Positions 49,060-60,847 of a stretch of DNA of 64,000 bases are shown piece after piece. A model generated the notes under the pieces. It was given only the letters and a program-made list of their open reading frames with translations, made no database searches and was not told the DNA's origin. Source of the DNA: Elsinoe ampelina (taxonomy: Eukaryota). The DNA is taken from the NCBI GenBank assembly GCA_010093995.1, contig ML992501.1, positions 1,270,566 through 1,334,565 of the forward strand. The letters run 5' to 3'. The position numbers and the translations under genes were made by a program. How positions within the stretch are numbered: the stretch's first letter is position 1; the number at the start of each line of letters is the position of its first letter.

Positions 49060-52000
49060 TGTTGTAACTAGCAAATCGGATCGAGAGACGTGTGTTTCAT
49101 TCAGAGAGTTACAATAACCGATTTATCTACTGTGCGTGCGCTGACTCATCAGTACCAGTTCTTTAGTACTAGAGAAGCTGTACTAGCCTTCTATTATAAC
49201 ACTCCCCCTCTAGTATAGATTGCTAAAGCTAGAGAACTGTCCTGTCACATATAAGTGAAGTAATTAGCTTATTACTTTATCTCTTTATAATTACTTATAA
49301 TTATTAGTGTTAGCTAATTATTAGTAAGAATTCACTATTAGTTTAGCTTATAATTGCTAGCAACAATAGTAACTATTAACAATAGCTAGGCAGCTATTGT
49401 TTATGTAAATAGACTAGCTTATAAGTCTTAATTAAAGAGATATAAGTATCTAACTAGCCTCTTTATAATTTCTCTTTTCTTTATTATACTTATAGTAGTA
49501 GCCTTTTCTTTTATATAACACTTTTACCTTCTTACTATGCTATATTAATAACACTTATAACATAAGCGCTATAGTATAGTAATAGCTAGGCATTAGTAGC
49601 ATTACTGCTAGTGCTAGTGCTCTAAGTAGTCTACTAGGTAGCGGAGGTAGTAGTAAGAAGAGAAATCCTCTATTAAGGTTGCCTAGTACTTCTAATGTTA
49701 ATTACAATACTACTATAAGACTAATTACTCGTCTTAATACTCTTAGTAAGTAGCTATAAAGTATTAATAGCACAAGCTAACATTAATAGCCTAATTAACT
49801 TAGACTTTAACTTAATAGTTAGCCGACATAATCTAGAATGCTCTTCTTAGGCTTAGGATAATTAGTTATTATAACTATGCTAACTTATATCTTATCTAGA
49901 GGTCTATAGCAGTCTAGGCCTTTAGTACCTATAGTACACACCTAGTAGTTACTAATTCTATTCTAGTTAAGGATCTAACTAAGCAAGTTAACCTTACTAG
50001 ATCTACTAACTACTCTACTACTTTAATAGCTTCTAGTGCTACTAGTAGAGTAGTCTACTATAGCACTAATCGCTACACTAAGTGTTAGGGATCTAACCCT
50101 AGCAATAATTAGAGCAAGGGTAGGGGTAGTAAGTTTAGTAAGTGTATTACTTTACCTAGTTAGCTTAATAAGGCCTACACTTGCTATACTTATAGTAACT
50201 AATATGCTAGATATTCCTTAGCTAACTATACTCTAACTCTAAGGCCTATTAGCTCTCCTAAACCTATAAGGNNNNNNNNNNNNNNNNNNNNNNNNNNNNN
50301 NNNNNNNNNNNNNNNNNNNNNNNNNNNNNNNNNNNNNNNNNNNNNNNNNNNNNNNNNNNNNNNNNNNNNNNNNNNNNNNNNNNNNNNNNNNNNNNNNNNN
50401 NNNNNNNNNNNNNNNNNNNNNNNNNNNNNNNNNNNNNNNNNNNNNNNNNNNNNNNNNNNNNNNNNNNNNNNNNNNNNNNNNNNNNNNNNNNNNNNNNNNN
50501 NNNNNNNNNNNNNNNNNNNNNNNNNNNNNNNNNNNNNNNNNNNNNNNNNNNNNNNNNNNNNNNNNNNNNNNNNNNNNNNNNNNNNNNNNNNNNNNNNNNN
50601 NNNNNNNNNNNNNNNNNNNNNNNNNNNNNNNNNNNNNNNNNNNNNNNNNNNNNNNNNNNNNNNNNNNNNNNNNNNNNNNNNNNNNNNNNNNNNNNNNNNN
50701 NNNNNNNNNNNNNNNNNNNNNNNNNNNNNNNNNNNNNNNNNNNNNNNNNNNNNNNNNNNNNNNNNNNNNNNNNNNNNNNNNNNNNNNNNNNNNNNNNNNN
50801 NNNNNNNNNNNNNNNNNNNNNNNNNNNNNNNNNNNNNNNNNNNNNNNNNNNNNNNNNNNNNNNNNNNNNNNNNNNNNNNNNNNNNNNNNNNNNNNNNNNN
50901 NNNNNNNNNNNNNNNNNNNNNNNNNNNNNNNNNNNNNNNNNNNNNNNNNNNNNNNNNNNNNNNNNNNNNNNNNNNNNNNNNNNNNNNNNNNNNNNNNNNN
51001 NNNNNNNCTTAAATTAGTATAATCTCTTATAAGTTTAATAGCTAACTTGTTATTAATAAAGACTATAGTTAGGCTAAGGTAAATATTAGTAAGTAGCCTA
51101 AGTTTAATAATAAGATTTCTTAACTAATTAATCTCTCTATAGGTCTTAGTAAGAGCAAGGTATTTAGCCTTAGTACTTAACAACATAATAATCTTCTATA
51201 GCCTTAACTTCTAAATAACTAGTGTACTAAGCATGTAAATAATAGTGCTAGATATAGATCTTATAGTTAATTTATCTCTAGTAAAGTCTAAGTTAGAGTA
51301 GGCCTTAATTATATTAACTAATAGTCTATTAGTCTTCTTAAAGGTAAGGCCCTTTATAATAGTCCTATTAATATACCTCTAGATCTGCTTAGCTATAACT
51401 ATATAAGCTATAGTTAGATTCTAAAGGAACCTAGCTAGGTAATTAGTAGCATAGCTAATATTAGGCCTTATATTGTTAGCTAGATATTACAATTTACTAA
51501 TAATTCTATTAAATGTCTTATAGTACTAAGCATTAACTTAGCTATTAGTTAGTTTATAAAGTTAATTAATAGGATGCTTTATAGTTCTTACTTAGTAAAG
51601 ATTATAACCTTTAAGCTTCTCCTTTAAGTAGTATAATTACTTAATCTTAATTAAGTCCTTAGTTCTATAAAGTTAAACACTAAGGAAGAGATTTAAGTTT
51701 ATAATCTTTATTAGAAACTTAAGATAAAGATCTTTAACTAGCTTATCTATATGCTTCTACCTAGTAGTAATAATCCTAAAGTTATTAATATACATAAGAA
51801 CTATATAATACTTATTAATAAAGAGATAGGTATTACTATAGGATCTAATAAAACTAAGTAATAGAAGTGCCTTAACTATAGCGTTATACTAGAGGGTAGT
51901 AGCTTACTTAAGCTTATATAAGCCCTTTATAAGAATAATAAGCTTATTCTATTTACTAGGAATTAGTATACCTTCTAGGTAGGAGATATAGTTCTTAATA

Positions 52001-55000
52001 TTAATGTCTAGTCTAAGGAATATAGTAACTACATCTACTATTATAATAACCTAGTTATAATAAAGAGTATATATAAGAATTACTCTCCTAGTTTTAGCTC
52101 TTAGTATTAGTGTAAAGGTTCTAATAAAGTTAATACCTACTCTTTAAGTAAAGCCCCTTATAGTCTAACGAGCCTTATATCTTTTAACTTTACTATTAGT
52201 AAGCCTCTTAGTCTTAAAGACCTATTTGCCTATTATTAGCCTAACACCTCTTAGTGCCTAAGATTTCTTAATAATTAAAAAGGTTTTAGAGTTAGTTAGA
52301 GCCTTCTACTCTACCTCTATTATAGCTTACTAGTAATAACCTTTAAGAGAGAATAGTATATCTCTTACTATTTATAGGTCTAGCTTAAAATTAATAGCTA
52401 TAGATCTAATAATCTTACTATTATTAAGTTTCTTATAATTAATCTAGCGATATGTTCTAAGGGACCTTCTAATAGTTTCTTATAGTAAGAGAGATCTCTT
52501 CCTTTTACTAGTTAGAGATTATATATTAAATAGTGTAATAAGGAAGTTAATATCCTTATTCTATATATATATTAGTAGTTAATTAATATTAACTATAGGA
52601 TTAAAGGTTAAATGTGGTTCACTAATAACTTTAGGTAGTAGTATTATAAGGTCTTTACCTTTATAATTAGCAACATTAAGTTACTCCCCCTGTTTATTAA
52701 TAGGTTAAGGATCTAGTTTAGGATGCTAGTATTACTTCTTCTATTCTTTAATAGGGGTAGATAATTGTTGTTTATATCTAGGGATAGAAGAGTAGTTAGA
52801 TGTTAGTTGTTTAACTTAAGGTTGTTTAGCCTAAGTAGTTTATAGATTCTTATAACTAAAGGGTAGTTAGTTATAGCTATAGCCTTAATTATAATTACCA
52901 CTAAATGTCTACTCTCCCTAAAGCTATAAAGCCTTAGGTTATTATACCTATAGGATATATAGCTATTTAATAACTTATATTACCTAGTCTTTATAGACTA
53001 TATTCTTATTAAATGTTACATAAAGTAATATAATAATCTTTCCCTTCTAGGCTTACTAAGTATAATGCTAATAGAGTATCTAGATAAGGTAATTAGTTAT
53101 TAAGTTGTTCTATATACTAATATGCTAACTAAGTAGTGCTTTAGCTTAGAATTTGTGTAATTTAGAAACATATTAGTTATAGATATAGGCTCTATAGCCG
53201 AAGCGTCTAATGTAAGTTAATAAGACTAGCCTATTATTATTAAGAAGATTCTTTCTTAGCTCTTATATAGGGATCTTCTTAGTTTTAGTGTAGGTAATTC
53301 TATTACTAATNNNNNNNNNNNNNNNNNNNNNNNNNNNNNNNNNNNNNNNNNNNNNNNNNNNNNNNNNNNNNNNNNNNNNNNNNNNNNNNNNNNNNNNNNN
53401 NNNNNNNNNNNNNNNNNNNNNNNNNNNNNNNNNNNNNNNNNNNNNNNNNNNNNNNNNNNNNNNNNNNNNNNNNNNNNNNNNNNNNNNNNNNNNNNNNNNN
53501 NNNNNNNNNNNNNNNNNNNNNNNNNNNNNNNNNNNNNNNNNNNNNNNNNNNNNNNNNNNNNNNNNNNNNNNNNNNNNNNNNNNNNNNNNNNNNNNNNNNN
53601 NNNNNNNNNNNNNNNNNNNNNNNNNNNNNNNNNNNNNNNNNNNNNNNNNNNNNNNNNNNNNNNNNNNNNNNNNNNNNNNNNNNNNNNNNNNNNNNNNNNN
53701 NNNNNNNNNNNNNNNNNNNNNNNNNNNNNNNNNNNNNNNNNNNNNNNNNNNNNNNNNNNNNNNNNNNNNNNNNNNNNNNNNNNNNNNNNNNNNNNNNNNN
53801 NNNNNNNNNNNNNNNNNNNNNNNNNNNNNNNNNNNNNNNNNNNNNNNNNNNNNNNNNNNNNNNNNNNNNNNNNNNNNNNNNNNNNNNNNNNNNNNNNNNN
53901 NNNNNNNNNNNNNNNNNNNNNNNNNNNNNNNNNNNNNNNNNNNNNNNNNNNNNNNNNNNNNNNNNNNNNNNNNNNNNNNNNNNNNNNNNNNNNNNNNNNN
54001 NNNNNNNNNNNNNNNNNNNNNNNNNNNNNNNNNNNNNNNNNNNNNNNNNNNNNNNNNNNNNNNNNNNNNNNNNNNNNNNNNNNNNNNNNNNNNNNNNNNN
54101 NNNNNNNNNNNNNNNNNNNNNNNNNNNNNNNNNNNNNNNNNNNNNNNNNNNNNNNNNNNNNNNNNNNNNNNNNNNNNNNNNNNNNNNNNNNNNNNNNNNN
54201 NNNNNNNNNNNNNNNNNNNNNNNNNNNNNNNNNNNNNNNNNNNNNNNNNNNNNNNNNNNNNNNNNNNNNNNNNNNNNNNNNNNNNNNNNNNNNNNNNNNN
54301 NNNNNTAGCTTTAATAGTGTCTAGAAGTTCCTTTAAAGTCTTCTAAGTTATACTATAGTAAAGTCTAATAGATTTATAAATCCTTATTATAATAACACTA
54401 TAAGTAATTCTATTATTCTTATACTAGGTCTTATTTCTAACCTTATAGATTACCTTAGTGCCTTTACTAGCATCTAGGGCTAGTTCTTTAGGCTTTATAA
54501 CTACTAGTATCTAGTCGATGTTATAAATTACATGTCTAAGTATATCCTTTTTAAGGAGAGCTACCTTAAGGGTTAATCTCTAAGCATTATAGTTGCTTCC
54601 TCTCTTAAGAATCTAAGTCTCGAGCATTTTTGCTAATCTAGACATAATAATAGTAATTAGCTAAAGGCCTATTAATTTAATTAATGTAATTAGCTTATTT
54701 AAGCTGTTTAAACTATTTAATTAAAGGGTTAATACGGGCTACTACAAGTGTTTATCTTAATATAGCTAGTCTAGAATTTAGTATAGGCGGCTTAGTAATT
54801 CTTTTAATAATGACATGCTTAATTTGCTATAGCTTTAAGTGCTTTTATAGAAGCGCTAGGCTTATAACCTATTATAACTAGCAAATTAGATCGAGAGATA
54901 TATATTTTATTTAGAGAGTTACAATAACCGATTTATCTACTATATGTACGCTAACTTATTAGTACTAGTTCTTTAGTACTAGAGAAGCTATACTAGCCTT

Positions 55001-57279
55001 CTATTACAATATAAGGGGTACTCTACAATTAATAAAGATATACTTTATTCTAAGAATAACTACTTTATTAGTGGCCTTAGATTTACTATTCTAGTATTAA
55101 GTATTAGGTGTAGAGATGTCCTATCTCTACCCTTTAAGATAAATAGCTATTNNNNNNNNNNNNNNNNNNNNNNNNNNNNNNNNNNNNNNNNNNNNNNNNN
55201 NNNNNNNNNNNNNNNNNNNNNNNNNNNNNNNNNNNNNNNNNNNNNNNNNNNNNNNNNNNNNNNNNNNNNNNNNNNNNNNNNNNNNNNNNNNNNNNNNNNN
55301 NNNNNNNNNNNNNNNNNNNNNNNNNNNNNNNNNNNNNNNNNNNNNNNNNNNNNNNNNNNNNNNNNNNNNNNNNNNNNNNNNNNNNNNNNNNNNNNNNNNN
55401 NNNNNNNNNNNNNNNNNNNNNNNNNNNNNNNNNNNNNNNNNNNNNNNNNNNNNNNNNNNNNNNNNNNNNNNNNNNNNNNNNNNNNNNNNNNNNNNNNNNN
55501 NNNNNNNNNNNNNNNNNNNNNNNNNNNNNNNNNNNNNNNNNNNNNNNNNNNNNNNNNNNNNNNNNNNNNNNNNNNNNNNNNNNNNNNNNNNNNNNNNNNN
55601 NNNNNNNNNNNNNNNNNNNNNNNNNNNNNNNNNNNNNNNNNNNNNNNNNNNNNNNNNNNNNNNNNNNNNNNNNNNNNNNNNNNNNNNNNNNNNNNNNNNN
55701 NNNNNNNNNNNNNNNNNNNNNNNNNNNNNNNNNNNNNNNNNNNNNNNNNNNNNNNNNNNNNNNNNNNNNNNNNNNNNNNNNNNNNNNNNNNNNNNNNNNN
55801 NNNNNNNNNNNNNNNNNNNNNNNNNNNNNNNNNNNNNNNNNNNNNNNNNNNNNNNNNNNNNNNNNNNNNNNNNNNNNNNNNNNNNNNNNNNNNNNNNNNN
55901 NNNNNNNNNNNNNNNNNNNNNNNNNNNNNNNNNNNNNNNNNNNNNNNNNNNNNNNNNNNNNNNNNNNNNNNNNNNNNNNNNNNNNNNNNNNNNNNNNNNN
56001 NNNNNNNNNNNNNNNNNNNNNNNNNNNNNNNNNNNNNNNNNNNNNNNNNNNNNNNNNNNNNNNNNNNNNNNNNNNNNNNNNNNNNNNNNNNNNNNNTGTC
56101 TTTATTATCTCTTTTACTCTAACTCTTTAGTGCTTTCTTAGAGTACTACTTAAAGTAATCTATATTAGAGTAGACATAATAAGTACACTAAGTGTATTAA
56201 TCCTTAATATAACTAGCTACTCTATAAATAGGGTTTAGATTAGTTCTTCTATTATATAGAGGCTTCTATATTCTAAGAGAGCCTATTATCTCTTTAAGAC
56301 TCTTCTTATAGTTAAGGCTAGATCTCTAGCTCCTTAACTATTTAGTAGTCTCTATTCCTATAATAAACATAGTCTTAATATAGTATAGAGAGAGCCTAAA
56401 CTTATCTAGTTTAGCACTAATAGTACTTACTCTTTGCTCTATAGTAATAGTGTATTAATAATAGTACTTTATAAAATCTTTATAGTACCTTTAGGTGTTA
56501 TAACTCGTTATAATTACCTTATTAAGGTTGTAGATAGCTATATATAGCTTATATAAAACAATAGGTTTAAATATAGCTTTAATAGTGTCTAGAAGTTCCT
56601 TTAAAGTCTTCTAAGTTATACTATAGTAAGGTCTAATAGATTTATAAATCCTTATTATAATAACACTATAAGCAATTCTATTATTCTTATACTAGGTCTT
56701 ATTCCTAACCTTATAGATTACCTTAGTGCCTTTACTAGCATCTAGAGCTAGTTCTTTAGGCTTTATAACTACTAGCATCTAGTCGATGTTATAAATTGTA
56801 TATCTAAGTATATCCTTTTTAAGGAGGGCTACCTTAAGGGTTAATCTCTAAGTATTATAGTTGCTCCCTCTCTTAAGAATCTAAGTCTTAAGCATTTTTG
56901 CTAATCTAGACATAATAATAGTAATTAGCTAAAGGCCTATTAATTTGATTAATGTAATTAGCTTGTTTAAGCCGTTTAAACTGTTTAATTAAAGGGTTAA
57001 TACGGGCTACTACAAGTGTTTGTCTTAATGTAGCTAGTCTAGAATTTAGTGTAGGCGGCTTAGTAATCCTTTTAATAATAACACGCTTAATTTACTATAG
57101 CTTTAAGTGCTTTTGTAGAAGCGCCGGGCTTATAACCTGTTATAACTAGCAAATCGGATCGAGAGACATATATTTCATTCAGAGAGTTACAATAACCGAT
57201 TTATCTACTGTGCGTGCGCTGACTCATCAGTACCAGTTCTTCAGTACCAGAGAAGCTGTACCAGCCTTCCATTACAACA
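49060..57279 (-). mobile_element. RIP-degraded Ty1/copia LTR retrotransposon complex with CCTAT TSD and an extra internal LTR
   Basis: LTRs at 49060-49201 and 57138-57279; TSD CCTAT at 49055-49059 and 57280-57284. PPT at 49202-49210 and PBS-like GGTTATAAGCCC next to the 5' LTR. De-RIPed copia RT motifs on the minus strand: YKAR..RGFTQ..GIDF (~52120-52183), RALYGL (~51915) and YVDD (~51785). Three N gaps interrupt it. Confidence 0.93.
54306..55011 (-). repeat. Second copy of the element's 5' end (leader + PBS + LTR 54870-55011)
   Basis: Direct repeat of 56574-57279 (offset 2268), differing by transitions. Confidence 0.92.
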
Positions 57280-57890
57280 CCTATTCCCAATGCTTTCTCC
57301 AACCTTGTTCTCGAGCTTGTGACCATCCATGTTTTTTGTCGCCATCCTTCTTTGACGGTCCACACTGCAACCCCTCCTCATCGTATTCAACAATCTACAG
57401 TCGCACGAGCAGACCCTATCGCGGTCGCACCAGCAGCGCGACTTCGTCATATCCAACAGGTGACCAACCAATCACACGACTGTGCCTGAGCTGAGCTGGA
57501 GTCATCTGCGTCCGTCTCAGTCCGCAACCGATTCCGAAGGATCAGCAAACATCAAAAACAGGGTCAAGCACCTCCAGATTCGAGCAATTTGGGGCTCTTT
57601 CGAGCTCTTGGAAACGACATGTGAAATTTCAACGACCTGCATGATGCTGCACCTTCGACGTTGGAAGCCCAGCTCGAATCTGGACTCGAGGCTGCTCCTC
57701 AGGTAGTACACCCCCTCCTTCGCCGCTCATGTTCTTTTTGGAGCACAACATATCATATCTCCCGTTCTGTCAGCGATGCCGAGCAAAGTCTCGATCACGA
57801 TCCGCTTTGTTTTGAAGCATGCAGTCACGTACAAATCGTGGCCAAGAGCAACGAAGATCTAAGCAATTTGTGTGCAGCCTGGTATCTCCA

Positions 57891-58559
57891 TCAAGCCGCC
57901 GAAGTTGCTGCCGGCAAGCTCGCCGCCATTTGGCGAACATGCGTCGGCCACACATTTTGTAATCCATGGACATAATTTGCAAACGATGGGGAAGAAGTAT
58001 CCTTCAGTGCGCGAAAGAACCAATCGTCGGTCTCGCCTGACTGGATCCAAAGCTTGCTCTGATGGCTCGTTAGCTCCATTATATATCCATCATAAGCTCG
58101 ACCGAAGAGTACCTCGACATTGCCTGTCTCGATAGCCTTTTCAAGCAGCACCTTTCTGAGCAGAGGCTGCGGCATGTCGAGCATACTCATCGACGGCGGC
58201 TGTACTGGAGATCCATACGCATCGACCTGTGGGTCAAAGTTCGGCTCCCCTGGGAAGTTGGCAACCAGTTCTCCAGGCTTCTTCCTACCTTGGTCATCGG
58301 ATACTGGCGGTAGGCGAATATCTAGTCCGGTCGTGCGGAAACCGCCCCCTTCCACAATATTGGTCCAAATACCGGCATCCTGTAATACAAATTGAACTTG
58401 AGGATAGTACATGCATGCTCGGGGCAGTTGGCTGATCTCGGATTCTTTCTCGATGAACGTTGTCTGGATGCCTGCTTGACCAAGTCGGACTGCAGCGAAT
58501 AGGCCAACGGGACCTGCGCCTACGATCAGGACCTCAGAAGACTTCGAGGTGGCGCCCAT
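57891..58559 (-). pseudogene. FAD-dependent aromatic monooxygenase remnant with an apparent large internal deletion
   Basis: VLIVGAGPVG and QPLLRKVLLE are present, but the 222-aa ORF has no DG or GD motif and jumps to a C-terminal-like helix after VEVLFG. Confidence 0.65.
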
Positions 58560-59632
58560 TTAATCCAGAGATGTGGCTGTGGTCCTTGTGTGAAGATAAA
58601 TGCTTGATATGTTCAACGCTGAAAGGCATTCATCTTCTACTGTAAGTGCCCCTGACGCTTTATCTTAAAAGAGTCCCGACCTCCCTACCCTCAGCTGTGA
58701 AAACATAACCTCGCAACACACTTACCCTCGGTCAATCGGGTGGGGCTTAGAAGCGACTCATTCAATACAGGGATAGGCGGTCAAGTACGGGGTCGCTACA
58801 GGGGAGTGTGTGGTGCGTCGTGCATGCAAGAGACCGATATTTGGCTGCCAAGAGCGAGTCGAGTACTGACGAGTTGCCGATGTGGAGGAGAACATTCACA
58901 CTAAAGTGGGAAGGGCTCGCGGACAATGCGGCGACTTGTAGTGTTGACGGAACACTGAAAGTCAACGAGAGACCCAGGTACAGCCACGTTTGTGATATCG
59001 CCATCCGCACGACCAAGATGGCGTCTCTGTGGCATTCGGGCACGGTGGTGGCATGGCGATGGCAAGCTCCGACCTGCGAAGTATGTTGCCGCTGGGTCAC
59101 AATATCGGTCGCACGTTCCAGTGCCGATACTGCTACTAGCCTGCTCTATGGCTTCGCGCCCTCTGCCAAATATCGCACCAGCCGAGTCACATAAGGATGT
59201 GTCAGCAACTCCGAAATGGCAGTTTCACAACCGAAGATAGTGGTCCCGATATCAAAGTTCGACATATCATGTCGCGACTCTTGCAACATTGTTGTATTCG
59301 GGCTCAATAGAGTGGATTCTATTGGTATGAACTTTGAAGTCAATTCGGCACGGGTCGTGGCGAGTGGACCCCGAACCATTTCGCGGCCTGGTGCCAGCTC
59401 AGCATCTGACAATGCACCATCATTGATCTTCTCTCGCCCGAAAGCCTTGTCTGCATTCCTCCTCCATCACGCCTCATTTTTCCAACATGAAACGCTTTAA
59501 GTTATCATCCGCCTTCATAACATTGCCATGTCGAAGTCGTCGGCCTGTTACATAAATCGGCATAGTGGGCCAGCGAATCAACTCGGTGTTGCTTGCCTTC
59601 ATTCCAAATGCCAAGTAATGCTAGGGCATATG

Positions 59633-60202
59633 GGTGGATATTGTTACACTTGTCGCAAAACTCGAGCAGAATGCGATTACCGCATTAGGCGATATCCCCC
59701 AATTTAAGCTTTTTAGCTGTTTTAACCTCCTTACGTAGAAACAATAGTATAATACTATCTATTCCTTATAGAACTAGCTTACTAGATAATATTAATCGAT
59801 AGATATATCAATTTCTATAAAAAAGCTTAAAATCCAAATTGGGATTCTACGCCAAGATTTCCCCGGATTCTACGTAAGCTTCGATCTAGATAACCTTAGC
59901 CAAGTATTACTCTATAAAGATTTAGGATACCGTAGCTACGGTATGCTAGATATTTACTTACGTAATGAAGATTCTACTTACCGTAGTACGGTTATCGAAA
60001 TCTAAGTAGCTGTGCCTATTCCTATATCTATATCTCGGTAACTGTATAGTAGTAAAATTAACCTTCGTATTCTTTTAAAAGACATACCGTAGTCCTTCAT
60101 TGTCGTAGATGTGGCGTACCGTACATGTGCCAAGCTTTTTCTGCTTTGGGCTTGACAGCTGACTCGTAAAGTGTTTTGAGACAAGTGTAAAAATATCCCA
60201 CC
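59633..60202. mobile_element. ~570-bp non-autonomous TIR element (MITE or deleted DNA transposon) with an AT-rich, RIP-like core
   Basis: GGTGGATATTGTTACACTTGTCGCAAAAC (59633-59661) is an imperfect inverted repeat of GTTTTGAGACAAGTGTAAAAATATCCCACC (60173-60202). Confidence 0.65.
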
Positions 60203-60847
60203 GTCGGGCATCGTATGTCCAGATCTCGTCTATTGCATCAAATAAGACTTCTTCTATGGCCATGTCAGCGAGTCATCGGTGAACAGCGAAAGCACGTCTG
60301 CCGAAGCCTCATACAAATCCTGACCCCGCAATGGCGTTTAGCCGTTGTCGTGATCAAACAAACAAGTGCCGCGAGCAACTACATCTCTGGTGACACACAA
60401 TAGGAGCGAGACGACGTTTCTTGGAATCAATCAATCACCATTCGGCTTTGCACACGGCAGCGACGTTGGTGCCATTTCACCGCTATTGCGTGGTGAACTA
60501 CCGGAAGGGTTCGACGACCGGAATAGCTTCTGGACGTGAAATGCCAGCGCTACTTCGACCTCACCATATCGATATGCCAGCGTCCGCTTCCTCTACTGTT
60601 GCTTGACATACGAGTTATGACAGGTGCATAGACCATCATCATTGGATCAATCTGGTTTTTCTATTCCCTTTCAGAGCTAGGAACGGCTGGAGATGAGTAA
60701 ACCGCTCCCACGAATCCTGACCCCAGTTTCGTGATCACTATACACAAGTGACAACTACCGTATATTCTTTAAAGGCAGCGCCATTGACTCCATGGTAGTT
60801 CCACCTTCCTGCAAACATCAGCTCATGCATCAACACATATTGTACGA

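Noticed and set aside
1..50102. A giant TIR transposon or Starship carrying the 48-kb block
   Set aside because: The inverted repeats are LTR-retroelement 3' ends with PPTs, and the right one has its own TSD. No transposase or tyrosine recombinase captain is present, and the cargo is core housekeeping genes.
58760..59500. Possible gene remnant upstream of the monooxygenase
   Set aside because: Only short ORFs with no identifiable motif; cannot be supported without a homology search.
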